Source: an uncultured cyanobacterium (GTDB taxonomy: Bacteria > Cyanobacteriota > Cyanobacteriia > Cyanobacteriales > Nostocaceae). Taken from it: a stretch of DNA of 64,000 bases. This document shows positions 49,537 through 61,700 of this stretch, piece by piece; position 1 is the first letter of the stretch, and each line of letters opens with the position of its first letter. The notes beneath the pieces were generated by a model, which ran no database searches, had not been told where the DNA came from, and worked only from the letters and a program-made list of their open reading frames with translations. The position numbers and the translations under genes are program-made. The stretch is taken from the NCBI GenBank assembly GCA_963706595.1, contig OY970166.1, positions 1,664,001 through 1,728,000 of the forward strand, read 5' to 3'.

Positions 49537-51183
49537 ATGATTAGTTTCTGCCGTTGGTCATCAGTAAGTACAACTTTATTGGCGTTGGGAGTGACTGTTT
49601 GCACAATCAATCCGATGATAGTTTCTGCTCAAACTAGAGGAGTTCAAACTACTCCCTCGCCTGGTGTAGGCGCTAACTTGTCTGATATTAGTTCAGATTA
49701 TTGGGCTAGTCCATTTATTCAGACTTTAGCTGCAAGAAATATTATATCTGGCTTTCCTGATGGCACTTTTAGACCAAATCAACCTGTGAGTCGGGCGGAA
49801 TTTGCGGCCATGATTCAAAAAGCTTTTAATCAACAACCTGTTCGGCAAATAAGTCCAAAAGGTTTTACAGATGTTAGTCCTGGTTTCTGGGCGAGTTCGG
49901 CAATTCAGGAAGCCTACGAAGCTGGATTTATGTCAGGTTATCCGGGAAACGTATTTCTGCCAAATCAGCAAATTCGCAAAGTTGAGGCCATAGTTGCTAT
50001 AACAACTGGTTTGGGTTTGCAAACGGGCGAAAATCCCTTGGGTGTAGTGAATACTTACTACACAGATGCTGCCGCAATTCCAAACTATGCATTAAATAAT
50101 GTCGCAGCGGCCACAGAAGCCAATATGGTGGTTAATTATCCCAATGTTAACCAACTCAACCCGCTAGATCCGTTAACTCGTGCGGAAGCATCGGCTATTT
50201 TGTATCAAGCTTTAGTTAGACAGGGACAAATGCAAGCCCTGACTCCCAATGTTGCGGCGAGTAAATATATAGTTGGGGCTGCTAAACAGACTCAAACTGC
50301 TCAAGATATTGTTTCTATTGCGGCATCGAGTGAATCTTTTAGAAGTTTGACTTCTTTATTGCAGATAGCAAGTTTAGCAGGTATTCTGCAACAACCAGGC
50401 CCTTATACAGTTTTTGCTCCCACGGATGCAGCTTTTGCGGCTTTACCTGCGGGGACTCTAGAGGACTTACAGCAACCGGAGAACAGAGAATTATTGATTC
50501 AGATTTTGAGATATCATGTTGTTCCTGGGGAGGTAACTGCGAATCAACTCTCAGACGGAGAATTGAAAACTTTTGAGGATGTACCTGTAAATATTAAGCT
50601 GGATAGAGCTACAAATCAAATTGCGGTCAATAATGCGAATGTGATTCAGCCGAACATTGAAGCCAGCAATGGTGTCATCCATGCAATTAACGAAGTCCTC
50701 ATTCCACCTAACCTGGGAGTAACTCAGCAGCCACCAGCAGAAACTACTCCTGATATCACCCCAGGTGCAACTACTCGTGGTGGTGCTAGTTATGTGGGAG
50801 TTGCTGGTAATATTGGCATCAGTGGCAATTCTACCCTTAGTGAAAGTAATTATGCCCTAATCAGTAAAATTGGGCTAACAAATACTATTTCGGTGCGCCC
50901 ATCGGTGATCTTTGGGGGTGATACGCTGTTTTTAGTGCCGGTAACTTTAGATTTTTCTCCGCGTTCAGTAGATCCTTTGGGTGAACAACAGTTATCCATC
51001 TCTCCTTTTTTAGGAGGTGGTGTTGCTATTAATACTGGAGGGGATTCTGAGTTTGGTTTCTTGTTAACTGGGGGTGTGGATTTACCTTTAGGCGATCGCT
51101 TTACCGCCACTGGTACTGTGAATGCCGCATTTTTGGATCGCACTGATGTTGGTTTGTTCCTGGGAATCGGCTACAATTTTTAA
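49537..51183 (+). CDS. SLH-fasciclin-C-terminal beta-barrel surface protein
   Basis: Signal peptide, SLH motifs (GFPDGTFRPNQPVSRAE), fasciclin YTVFAPTDAAF...NGVIHAI, amphipathic strands ending GIGYNF. Confidence 0.85.
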   Translation: MISFCRWSSVSTTLLALGVTVCTINPMIVSAQTRGVQTTPSPGVGANLSDISSDYWASPFIQTLAARNIISGFPDGTFRPNQPVSRAEFAAMIQKAFNQQPVRQISPKGFTDVSPGFWASSAIQEAYEAGFMSGYPGNVFLPNQQIRKVEAIVAITTGLGLQTGENPLGVVNTYYTDAAAIPNYALNNVAAATEANMVVNYPNVNQLNPLDPLTRAEASAILYQALVRQGQMQALTPNVAASKYIVGAAKQTQTAQDIVSIAASSESFRSLTSLLQIASLAGILQQPGPYTVFAPTDAAFAALPAGTLEDLQQPENRELLIQILRYHVVPGEVTANQLSDGELKTFEDVPVNIKLDRATNQIAVNNANVIQPNIEASNGVIHAINEVLIPPNLGVTQQPPAETTPDITPGATTRGGASYVGVAGNIGISGNSTLSESNYALISKIGLTNTISVRPSVIFGGDTLFLVPVTLDFSPRSVDPLGEQQLSISPFLGGGVAINTGGDSEFGFLLTGGVDLPLGDRFTATGTVNAAFLDRTDVGLFLGIGYNF

Positions 51184-51213
51184 TGGGAAACTCGGCTAGA
51201 AGGGGAGTTTGAG

Positions 51214-51429
51214 TTAGCTATTAATGAGGATGAACAGGGAATAGCCGCAGATAGAAAAAACGAAGGCGATCGCTACAGAAAAAATAACAACATCCCTGAC
51301 AATAAATAAAATCCAATCTTTTCTGAGTTCCTGTCTAAACTTGAGTTCCCGCAGCTTGCGTTCCAGTTCCGCGTCTGCTTGTGATTGTAAATTGACTGTT
51401 GATATAACTGCTTTTTTATCTGCGTCCAT
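51214..51429 (-). CDS. Small hypothetical membrane protein
   Basis: GGAGA RBS before ATG 51429; charged helix followed by a C-terminal TM segment. Confidence 0.55.
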   Translation of the reverse strand: MDADKKAVISTVNLQSQADAELERKLRELKFRQELRKDWILFIVRDVVIFSVAIAFVFSICGYSLFILINS

Positions 51430-51742
51430 ATTTCTCCAAAAGCAAATTTGATTTAATATTTTCACCCCTTAAGTCAGGACTAAAGTCCTGACTACAAACC
51501 TTTAATTATTTACGCCGACTTACTTCATCAAACCTGTCGGCTAAACTCTATTTTTAAGGTAATGCAAATGCATTGTCTTATCAAAAATCGCTCATGCGAT
51601 CGCATAGCGGTTTCTTTGGAAGAATTTGGTGATTATACAGCCCTTTTCCGTAAAACCGCCTTTTCTTTTGTCGGGTAGCTTTTCGAGCGCTGATAATTCG
51701 TATCTTTTCTTCTCGATTAGTATGTACAGACCCCGTTCGATT

Positions 51743-52525
51743 CTACAACTCCTCAAAGAGATTGTCATTGTATCTTCTCCAATCGGGTATTTGGTTGAGA
51801 TTATCATCAGATCCTTGATCTGATACGACGGAAATTACAAGCAAAAATTGAGGCGCTCCTATTTCCCTGTTATATCCTTTTGCTATGTTGAGAGATTCTT
51901 GTTGAAAATCTAAATCTAAGCCACGAAAATATCTAGTTAAAATTTGGTGAGATAGAGGGTGTGAGAATCTATAAAGTTTTCTATTTTTCAATCCAGAACC
52001 AATTGCTATATTCATAGGTAAAGTTACAACGTGCAAAGATCCGCTCGATTTTACCCCACGAAGTTTTTGTAAATTGTAGTCAGCACTATTATGAATACTC
52101 TCGTAATCGTAAAGTAATACATAAGAATGTGGTGCATTTTTGTAAATTCTATTTAGCTGCTCATCTTTAATAGCATCAAAAATGTTGCTTTTTTCCTTCC
52201 GTTTCTTTGCCTCTAGAAAGGCTACACCTTCCAATGCTTGATCTGGATATTGAATTCTAACAAGAATTGCAACGTCACCAAATTTTTGCTCGGCTGACAG
52301 TTTTTTCCTTAACTTATAGGCGTTTGAAGCTATCCTTATTGTCTTTTTACCCATTCCTACTTCAATATTACGGAACCGTTGACGATACTCACGCAATAAG
52401 TCCTGAGTAACGTAGTCTTCATCCCAGTTGTATAAATTGTCGCCTACTATTCTTTGAATGACTGAATTAATTGCACCTTCTAAATCTACTCGAAATTGCT
52501 CACAATCTACATACCTCATATCCAT
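51743..52525 (-). CDS. Hypothetical PD-(D/E)XK nuclease-like protein
   Basis: E helix (WDEDYVT), EQKFGDVAILV...FLEAKK. Confidence 0.6.
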   Translation of the reverse strand: MDMRYVDCEQFRVDLEGAINSVIQRIVGDNLYNWDEDYVTQDLLREYRQRFRNIEVGMGKKTIRIASNAYKLRKKLSAEQKFGDVAILVRIQYPDQALEGVAFLEAKKRKEKSNIFDAIKDEQLNRIYKNAPHSYVLLYDYESIHNSADYNLQKLRGVKSSGSLHVVTLPMNIAIGSGLKNRKLYRFSHPLSHQILTRYFRGLDLDFQQESLNIAKGYNREIGAPQFLLVISVVSDQGSDDNLNQIPDWRRYNDNLFEEL

Positions 52526-52712
52526 AACTCTTTATACACCCCAGAGAAAATCAAGCCCATTATTACACGCTTTTTGGCTCATCTCATCTAATTCTAGTAA
52601 ATCAGCCATGCTCCTTCGGATTTGCTACGCGATCGCCCAGCTAAAAAAAATCAGAGCCATACCATAATACTTGGTATCGACTCTGATAATTATTTATGAA
52701 ATTAACTGTAAA

Positions 52713-55700
52713 TTAGCCAACAGTCAAATTAACACGGACAATCATATCGTTGTAGTCTTTGTCACTACCACGTTGTAAATCTTCAAAGCCAAAGACGTTA
52801 TTTCCTAACATGGTAATGTGGTCTACTTGTGTAGGATTAGCGCCTAAGAATGGGAAATAAATCGGCTGGTCATTCACGTTTTCTGGTCTGCCATCAGCAA
52901 TAATAAATGGTGCTAACAGTGAACCAGCCTCTAAAGTAGCTGTGTAAGTGCTTGTCCGGCGGTTATTGGTTGTCAGGTCAATACCTGGAACACGGGCATT
53001 TACAGCAGCTTGACCATAACCAGCTTCTCCGGGGAGAATGTCTGCGTTGCCATCGCCGTTGATATCGATGCCGCCATTGTCATCAGTGACTTGATAGAAG
53101 CTGACATAATTGTTCAAGGCTGCATCTCTGTTGACGATAAATTCCGCTTGTACCGATTCTGTAATCCCTCGTAAATCAATCAACTCAGATTGTAATCCCG
53201 CTTGCAACCCTGTACCTAAAGGTAATGGTTGCTCAGTCGCCTGAATCTTCACCTCAAAATCTTGGTAATTGTTGCTTCTTAAAGGTCTTACCTTCCAAGC
53301 TAAAGAAAATTCATCATTGCCCAAATTGGTAATTCTTTGGGTAGAAGCATTAGAAAATAATACATCTGTGATGGGGATAAATCCAGCCTGGACTTCATCG
53401 GTTGTTCCGTTCGGCACTGCATAGAATCTCAGATTATCGCCTGAGTTAAATTCTAATAAGCGGGTAATGTTGTCTCGACTAAAGCCAGTAGGCAATCTAT
53501 GCACAGCAGAGAAAATTGCTTGCGCCCGTTCTAATGCGGCTTCGGCATAACCTGCGTTTCCTGGGGCAATACCGTTAACACTGCCTATTGCATCATCCAC
53601 TGTAAATACACCCAGTTCATGCAACTGATTTGGTCTGGTTCGTGTCAGTGTCACTTGGAGTTGTGTAGTTTCACTCTGACCGCGAATCGTAAAAGTATCG
53701 CTGCCAGGATTATTTACTAGTGACACATCGTTGTCGGCAATTGTCACAGTGGCACTGTTGGATATATCTAAAACGTATTCAGCTTGATCAACTAAGTTGA
53801 GGATAACAGTTTCATCACCCTCCACGAAATCATCATCTGCTGGTGTAACTGTAACATCCACGAAGGTTTGACCGGCGGCGATAGTCGCAACCCCAGTGAG
53901 GTTGTTGTAATCAACATTATTGGTAGCAGTACCTTCAACGGTGTAGTTAACTGCCAGAGATTTACTGGTATTACCAACACGAGAAATGCGGAAAACGCCT
54001 GGTTGATTACCTGTTTCTGCGGCATCGATCACAAGGGACTCAATGCTGACTACAGAAGTAGCCAAATTAAGCGGCTTATCTAAGCCTAAGAGAATGATTT
54101 CGTTGTTGTCAATCTCAGGTGGTCTGCCGACTGAGAAAGGATAGTTGTTATCGTTAGCCAGCAGGAGTGTGTTTTTATCAATTACCACCACAGATTCAAT
54201 CGTGACAAAGGGAAAGGTAAACAGAGTGTCACCGTCTCCATTTAAATCATTGGGGTCTTGAATCTTCAACAGGTCAACGACTTCCTCTTTAGATACAAAG
54301 CCGTTGGCATCTTTTTGAGACAAATCAATCTTGAATATCTTCTTAAACTGGGCAGATGCACCTTGACGACCATCCCGTTCAATTACCAGAAATTCATTTT
54401 CATTCACCACGGTTAATGCACCGATGGCGTGATTGGGTTGTTCCATGCGGTAGTAGCCAGCTAAACCCTGATACTGCTTGGATTCCGCATCAAATTCATA
54501 GATGCGTAAGGAATTGGCAGGATCACCAATTACAGTACCTTCCAACATGGGATAGATGGTTTTCTTATCCAGGCTGATAGCCATGCCTTCAAATCCGCGA
54601 GAACTCGCCAGATTTGAGTAAACTGGATCGCCTAGTAATTGGTCAACCACTAAGCTACCTGTACCTGGGAAGTCAGAGAAGAAACCATCAATGCCTAACT
54701 CAATAAACTGTTGATATTCTAGTTTGGGATCGCCGTTGTACTCTGCTGCGAGGAAGATGTCTTCGTTGCGGAAGGTGTAGGGATGTAACAGTAAACCGAC
54801 TGCATGGGCATCTTGTACCAGGGTTGTTGGTGCTTGGAGGACACCACCTACAGAAGGCACAATTAAGCGCTTGTTGGGTCCAATACCTGCTGCGTATGTG
54901 GCAATGTTAGCTAGTTCTGTGGGATTGGTAAGGTCGCCGTAGGTGCGGGAGTCACCACTCACTACAAAGTCATAAGGTTTACCATTAGCACCGCCCAGCA
55001 GTTGAACTAGGGGAATATCAATGCCGGCGGCTGGCATGATTACCTGTTTCAGTTCCTGGAGATTGCCTACCTCGAAGGATTGAATAAATACCCGTTCGGG
55101 GTCGGTGAAGTCTTGGGCAACTAAGGTGTTAACTAGAACCTCACCCAGGTTAATGTTGATGTCGGAACCATTTAAAAGTTTGCCTTCACTCGCAAAGAAG
55201 GTGGGGTGTTTGGTTTCCGGATAAATGCCGATTTTGCGTCCTGTTTCGGCTTCTACTTGTTTTACCAAAGCAATGATTTCTTCGAGACTGGGAACTTTTA
55301 GCCCATCACCATCAAAGTTGGTTCCTCGTAAATCTGGCAGACGTTCAATAGAATTGAGAGTTTTGATTTCTGCTAGGGTGAAATCTTCTGTAAACCAACC
55401 TCTGATAGTGCGACCATCAATAACTTTGGTGGTGAAACGGTCAGCAAACTCTGGACGTTCGTTAACATCTGTGCTGGTGTCAGTTCTGTTGACTGAATCA
55501 TCATCATTGAGAATGGCTAAGGCGTTTTCGTGACGCGCCACTAAATAACCATCTTTAGTAGCGACTAAATCAGGTTCAATGAAATTCGCACCATCTGCGA
55601 TCGCTAACTTGTATGCTTCTAAAGTATGTTCTGGTCGTGAACCACTAGCCCCCCGGTGTCCAATTACCAAAGGTGCAGAACCATCTAAGGTAGCAAACTC

Positions 55701-58700
55701 AGGGGGAATTAAAGCCGGATTATCAGGAGAAATCACAAACTCGCCAGTCAATTGATCACGCACGCGATCGCCTGTACCTGGAAAATCTGTAAAATAGCCA
55801 TCAACACCTAAGTTAATGAAATCGATGAATTCCGCTTCTGGGTTGCCATTGTAGTCGGCAGCGAGAAAACGTCCTTCATTACGGAAGGTGTAAGGATGGA
55901 TCAGCAAGCCAGCATCATGGGCATCTTTCACCAAAGAAGTGGGAGGAGTCAGAGTTTTATCGGCATCATTAACTACACCATCGCCGTTGACATCATCCGC
56001 TTGACCATCATTATTGGCATCAACACCTTGCACGGATCTAATCATCCGTTTCCAAGGACCAACACCAGATGCGTAAGTCGCAATTTCTTGTAAACCCTCT
56101 GGTGTCCGCAAGTCAGCATAGGTGCGGTCATCGCCACTGACTACGAAATCATAGGGTTGAGTCTCAATCAGGGAACCATCAAGATTGACATCAATAGCAT
56201 CGAATAACTGAACTAGGGGAATATCAGTAACTTGACTTAATTCTTTGAGATTGCTGACTTCAAAGGATTGGATATAAATCCGACTGGGGTCAGTGAAACC
56301 AGTTTGTTCTAGGGTTGCTAACAGGGGTTCTTCCAGGGACAAACCCAAATCATCGTGGAAAGTGGGATGCTTGGTTTCTGGGTAAATCCCGATTTTCTTA
56401 CCTGTATCAGCTTCGATTTGCTGAACTAACTCAATAATTTCCTCAAAAGTAGGAATTTCGTACAGACCGTTAAACACTTGGGTACGGAAACCTTGAGGCA
56501 TAATCGCCCGTAGGGTCTTGATTTCCGCCAAAGTGAAGTCAGAAGCAAAGAAACCTTCTTCGGCAACGCCATCGACCATTTTAGTGGTCAGGCGATCGCT
56601 AAATTCTGGACGAGAGGCGACATCAGTGGTAGCAATTAAATTAGGTTCGTGACGAGCAATTAATACGCCATCTTGCGTAATAACCAAATCAGGTTCAATG
56701 AAATCTGCACCGCGTTCAATTGCCAGTTTATAAGCGCCTAAAGTATGTTCTGGTAGTTCCCCGCTTGCGCCCCGATGTCCAATCACAATCGGTGCTTCAC
56801 CATTCAGAGTATTTAAACTCACGTAATTAGGTGTATCAATGGGAGCTTCTATCAGCTTACCAGTGGCATCGAAATGTAACAGATAAGGACCAAATTCTTC
56901 ACCAATCCAGAAACTACCATCTTTTGCAACTACCAGAGATTCCAGGTCAAAATCTGAACCGGTTAATAAACGGTCAGGAGTATTCTCATTGATAATCTCG
57001 AAAGGAACTTTCTTGTCAGGGTCGGATAGTTGCACAAAATCCAACACATTCACACTACCATCACCCCCAACTTCTGCACCTTGGAAACTGGGGTCAACGC
57101 GATAAATCCGCAGTAAATAATCAGGACTATTCGCCTTGCTACCAAACCCATTGTCAGACAAGAACCAGAAGGAACTGTCATCGGCAACTTGCACAGCACT
57201 AAATCCTTGAATTGGCTGTGAGGCAAAGGGTACATTCCGTCCGTTGGTATTACCTGTAATGGCATTACCGGATGGTGGCCCTTCAGCGAAGGTGTCAGCA
57301 GGGAGGGAGGCAAAACCTACAAGTGTTACGTCTGGGGTAATGGGTTGATTATTCGGTTGTGGCACAGGATTACGGGGGTCGTAGCCAGTTGTGTCAATAT
57401 TTAGGGGATTAGGGAAAGCATCAGCAATATTTTCCCAAGGCACAAACTTAAAGTTGCTATTGACGTTTTCTAGTTCGCCGTCATCTTCAACTAATTTGGC
57501 TGGGTCGTTATTACCATCCTGGGTAACAAATAGACCGTAGGGGAAGTTAGCACCCAAGGGGACGTTTATTACATCTGCGCCGTCTGACTCTTGCACGCTG
57601 TCAATTGCGCCATTGCTGCCAACGGCAAAGCTTCCTAAGTATTCGTTATTACCTTGGCGGTTATAGATAGCAAAGGTGTTATCGCCTTGACTGGATGCTA
57701 GTAGATAGCCTGTACCGTTAGCACCGTAGTAAATCGTCAGTCCTTCGACATCGGGGGTAAGATTGCTACCACCCAGTTCTTTAACTTGATCGATCAGTGT
57801 GCCGGTTTTACCACCGTTGGGTTCGGCTTGGAATTTCCAGATCCCGACATTTTCTTGACCGATGTAAAGGAAACCTGTTTCTTGGTCTGCCACCATTCCC
57901 TCAGTTTGGGGGTCAAATCCGGCTTTGGTGGGTACGGTGAATTCTCTAACTCGTTCTACCCCAATTTTGCCATTACCTTGGTCGATTAGTTTGTACTGGG
58001 CGACATCTCCAGTGTCGGCACGATTAGCGAAGACATAGTAATCGTTGGTGACGGGACTACGGTACATCGCTACGCCGTAAGCGCTGATGTCGTCTGCTGA
58101 GTAAGGTGGGCTAAAGGGTGCGGCTTGGAAGAGAGTGCCAATATTGCTAGCGGTGATGTCTTCTAGATACTCACCGTCAGCGTTACCATTGGGATTTATT
58201 TTGAAGAATACCAGTGTATCGTTTTCGCGATCGCTTGCCACGGCAATATCAACAGATTCACCACCTAAATTAAAGCCGTATTGCAAATCAACATTGTTGT
58301 AGCGAATACCACCAGGATTAACTGTCTGCAATAAATTACCAGACAAGTCATAAACCCGGATTCCAGCATTTTTCACGGCTGTGAGTACCAAGCTATCGGC
58401 AGAGTTGGTAGCATTCACATAAATAGCTGGGTCATCGGCATCAGCATTTTGATCAACAACAGCCTGGGCGGGATCTTCATCGTCAAACAAATCAGGACGG
58501 GTTTCTACACTTGGCGTGACAGTCGGTACTAAGTCTGCGCCGCTATTCAAATTTAACCCAATAATCACTGGGTCATGGTCGGAAGAACGGAAGGCATCAG
58601 GACTATATAAACTTTCTACCTGTCCGGCTGATTTGAAGTTGGTGTTGTAGTCTAAAACATTGGGTTCATCGGCGTTGATGTGCCATTTGGCAGCACCGGT

Positions 58701-61700
58701 AACTTGCGTTGCTAAACTACCATTAGCTAAGGCATGATCCAGGGAACCCCATTGGCCACTAAAGACAAAGGAGTAACTGCTATTGGATACCAAGTTTTCA
58801 TATCCAGCCGTTTCCAAAGTTGTGATTGGGTCTTCTTTGGCGTAGGCGTTGATGTCGCCCATGATTAAGTAATCAGGGTCAGTGATACCTGTAGGATTAG
58901 TGGCTAACCATGCGGCTAAATCTTGGGAAGCACGAGTCCGAGTCCCATTGGAAGCACCTTGACCATCGCCAATATCTGTATCACCCACACCACCAGCACT
59001 AGAACCTTTGGATTTAAAGTGATTCACCACTGCGGTAAATTCTTCACCACTGGAGTTTTCTTGGAATGTCTGCGCTAGGGGTTTACGGTTGTTATCGTCG
59101 AATGCCCCTTGACCAAAGCCATCGGGGACTGTGGCAGCTATACCAACAGGGGTGACATTACTGGGTTTGTAGATAAAGCCTACAGCAATGTCATCCGTAC
59201 CCAATTGAGCAAGACCTGGATTAATTAAAGCATAAGTACCAGCGCCAGCCACAGCATTCAAGCCGTTAACTAAATCTTGAATTGCACTATTAGCACCATA
59301 GCCATCGTTCTCTATCTCGATTAATCCCAGGACATCTGCGTTGATATCCAAGATGGCTTGAATAACTTTATTCCGTTGGCGATCAAACTCAACTGAATCG
59401 TCGGCTCCCCGTTGTTCTGGGCTGTCGAAACCTTCACCCTGACCATCGCCGTTAAAGTAGTTAAGGACGTTGAAGCTGGCAACTTTCAATCTACCACCGA
59501 CATCTGGCGCTGTTTCTGGACGCACATTAGCGGGTGTAAAGTTTGCCGGATCTACTGGCTGAATCCGATAGTCGCCAAAGCGAGCATCTAAAATACCAGA
59601 CAATCCCATCACTGTGTCACCACCGCGCAGGGTATTATCACCATTTAAAGGTTGACCACCCCGACCGTGAATAATCGGATCAGGATTTTGAATACTTTGG
59701 CCATCGTCTAAAATAATCCGACGCTTGGCAATTTCTGCTTGGTAAGCAGCGTTACCACTAATACTAGGGGCATTAAATTGAGTGTATTGTTCTAATCTGC
59801 CATCGGTTCCAGGCTGGTTAGTGTCACCATCGGAGGATAAAACAACTTGTCCAAATCGCCCTAATTGGAAATGCTCAGTTACTGTGAGGGTTTGGGGAAT
59901 AGTGACGCGCATTCCCTCAAAGGCTTCTAAGTCATCAATACTCAGGATGGGGAAACTCAACGCTGAGGCTGTGGGTAGGGGGTTATCCTCACTGACTATA
60001 GTGACGTTAGTTAGATTTCTCAGTTGAGTGAGGCTGCTACCACTACTGGCAAATTCGCTGACTTCACCTGTGAGTCGCACTTTGTCGCCAACTTTTACAT
60101 TTACTCCGAAGTTGTCATCAAAGACAAAGATACCTTCTGAAGTTGAAGCATCGCCATCTATATCAGTATCTTCTTCTTGGACGTAGAAACCACGCAGATT
60201 CTGCACACCGCCAGCCGCTTGGAAATCGCCAACGACAATGCCTTCAATGGTTTGAAAGGTTCCGAGGAAATTCGCGATCGCTCCACTACCCTGAACTTCA
60301 TGAATTTTGCTGATTTCTACTACCTCGTCATTGTCTGTAATTGTGGCAGTGATTTCGGCAATATTCAGCCCGTTGTAATTCACATCACTGCTAGTTACAG
60401 CATGACTAATATTACTCAAGTGCGTACCTTCAACTACATCATCATCTGCGGCAATTATTGTAACTATCTGTGGTGTATCCCAGTTATCTGGAGTAAATAT
60501 CAGATTTGCTGGGGTAGTGGTAGATTGAGAATCAGTATTAATCGTAACTGTGACATTGGCTGTAGGTTGGGTATTCAGTACCAAAGTATAGGTATCTGTT
60601 GCACCTGCCTCTGTGACATTGGTACTACCATCAGATTCAATCAAGCTAAAGCCTGGTAATGCGGCGGTGGAAACCTGTAAATTATCGATCGCCAACCCAT
60701 GATCGCTACCAGATTCGTTAATATCTGTCCAACGCAACCAAATTTCTTCACCAGGTGCTAAAGAAAACCCTGTGAGGGTGTCCGCAACACTGGCTCTGTT
60801 GTCGCTGTTATTACCATCTAAAGCACCGCCTGAACTGGTAGCAATTGGCGCTAAAAAGTCCAGTCTATCAAAATCAACCCAAGTCCCAGAAGTTAAATCT
60901 GTGGCTCCAATTTGGTAAGCAAAGTTGAGTTGATGTTGAGTTGTATTCCCACCATTACGCCATTGTTCACCGATGTAACTAATTGAGAGTGTGGAGATGG
61001 TGGCATCAGTATCGTTAAAGAAACGCGCTCCGTAGTGAATAGTGTTAGTACCATTAGAAGCAACTGAGCCTAATGCTCTGTCGGTGTCTTCTGTTGTCCC
61101 AAAGCTGTAGAGACTACCACTATTACTACTGCCAGTACCAGCATTGATTGTCTCACGAGTTGCATACCAACCAGGGATAGTTTCAGCATTTACCCAAGAT
61201 TGATTAGTACCGGAACTAATCAGGCTATCGAAGCTTTGGGAGTAAGGGGTACTCAGAGAAATTGCCTCTGGTGGGATAGTAGTCAATTCTGAACCCAAAG
61301 TGATGATATCGCTGCGGAATTTCTGGAAGTTGTCTTGTGCTAAATCTTTAGAATTTGTGCCGTTGTCGTACCAGACAAAATCACCGTTATCTATCAATAC
61401 CTGAATTTCGCTACTACTAGTGAGTTCATCAGGGACTTCTACAATCGTCTCAAAACTTCCCCCTACATTTAATGCTGTCAAATTTGCTGTCCGTAGTACA
61501 GGCGCATCGGCGGCATTACCATTCCAGGTGTAGAGGCGGAAGTCATTGGGAGCAGTACCTGTTGCCCCACCTGCTGGCCCAGCAATAATCAGATATTGGT
61601 TATTAGAATTACGTTCAATACTGCGGATACTACGACCACCTAAATCTAGCAGAATGGGAGCGCCAAAGGTTGCAGAGCCAGATGTGCCACCTGTGTTATC

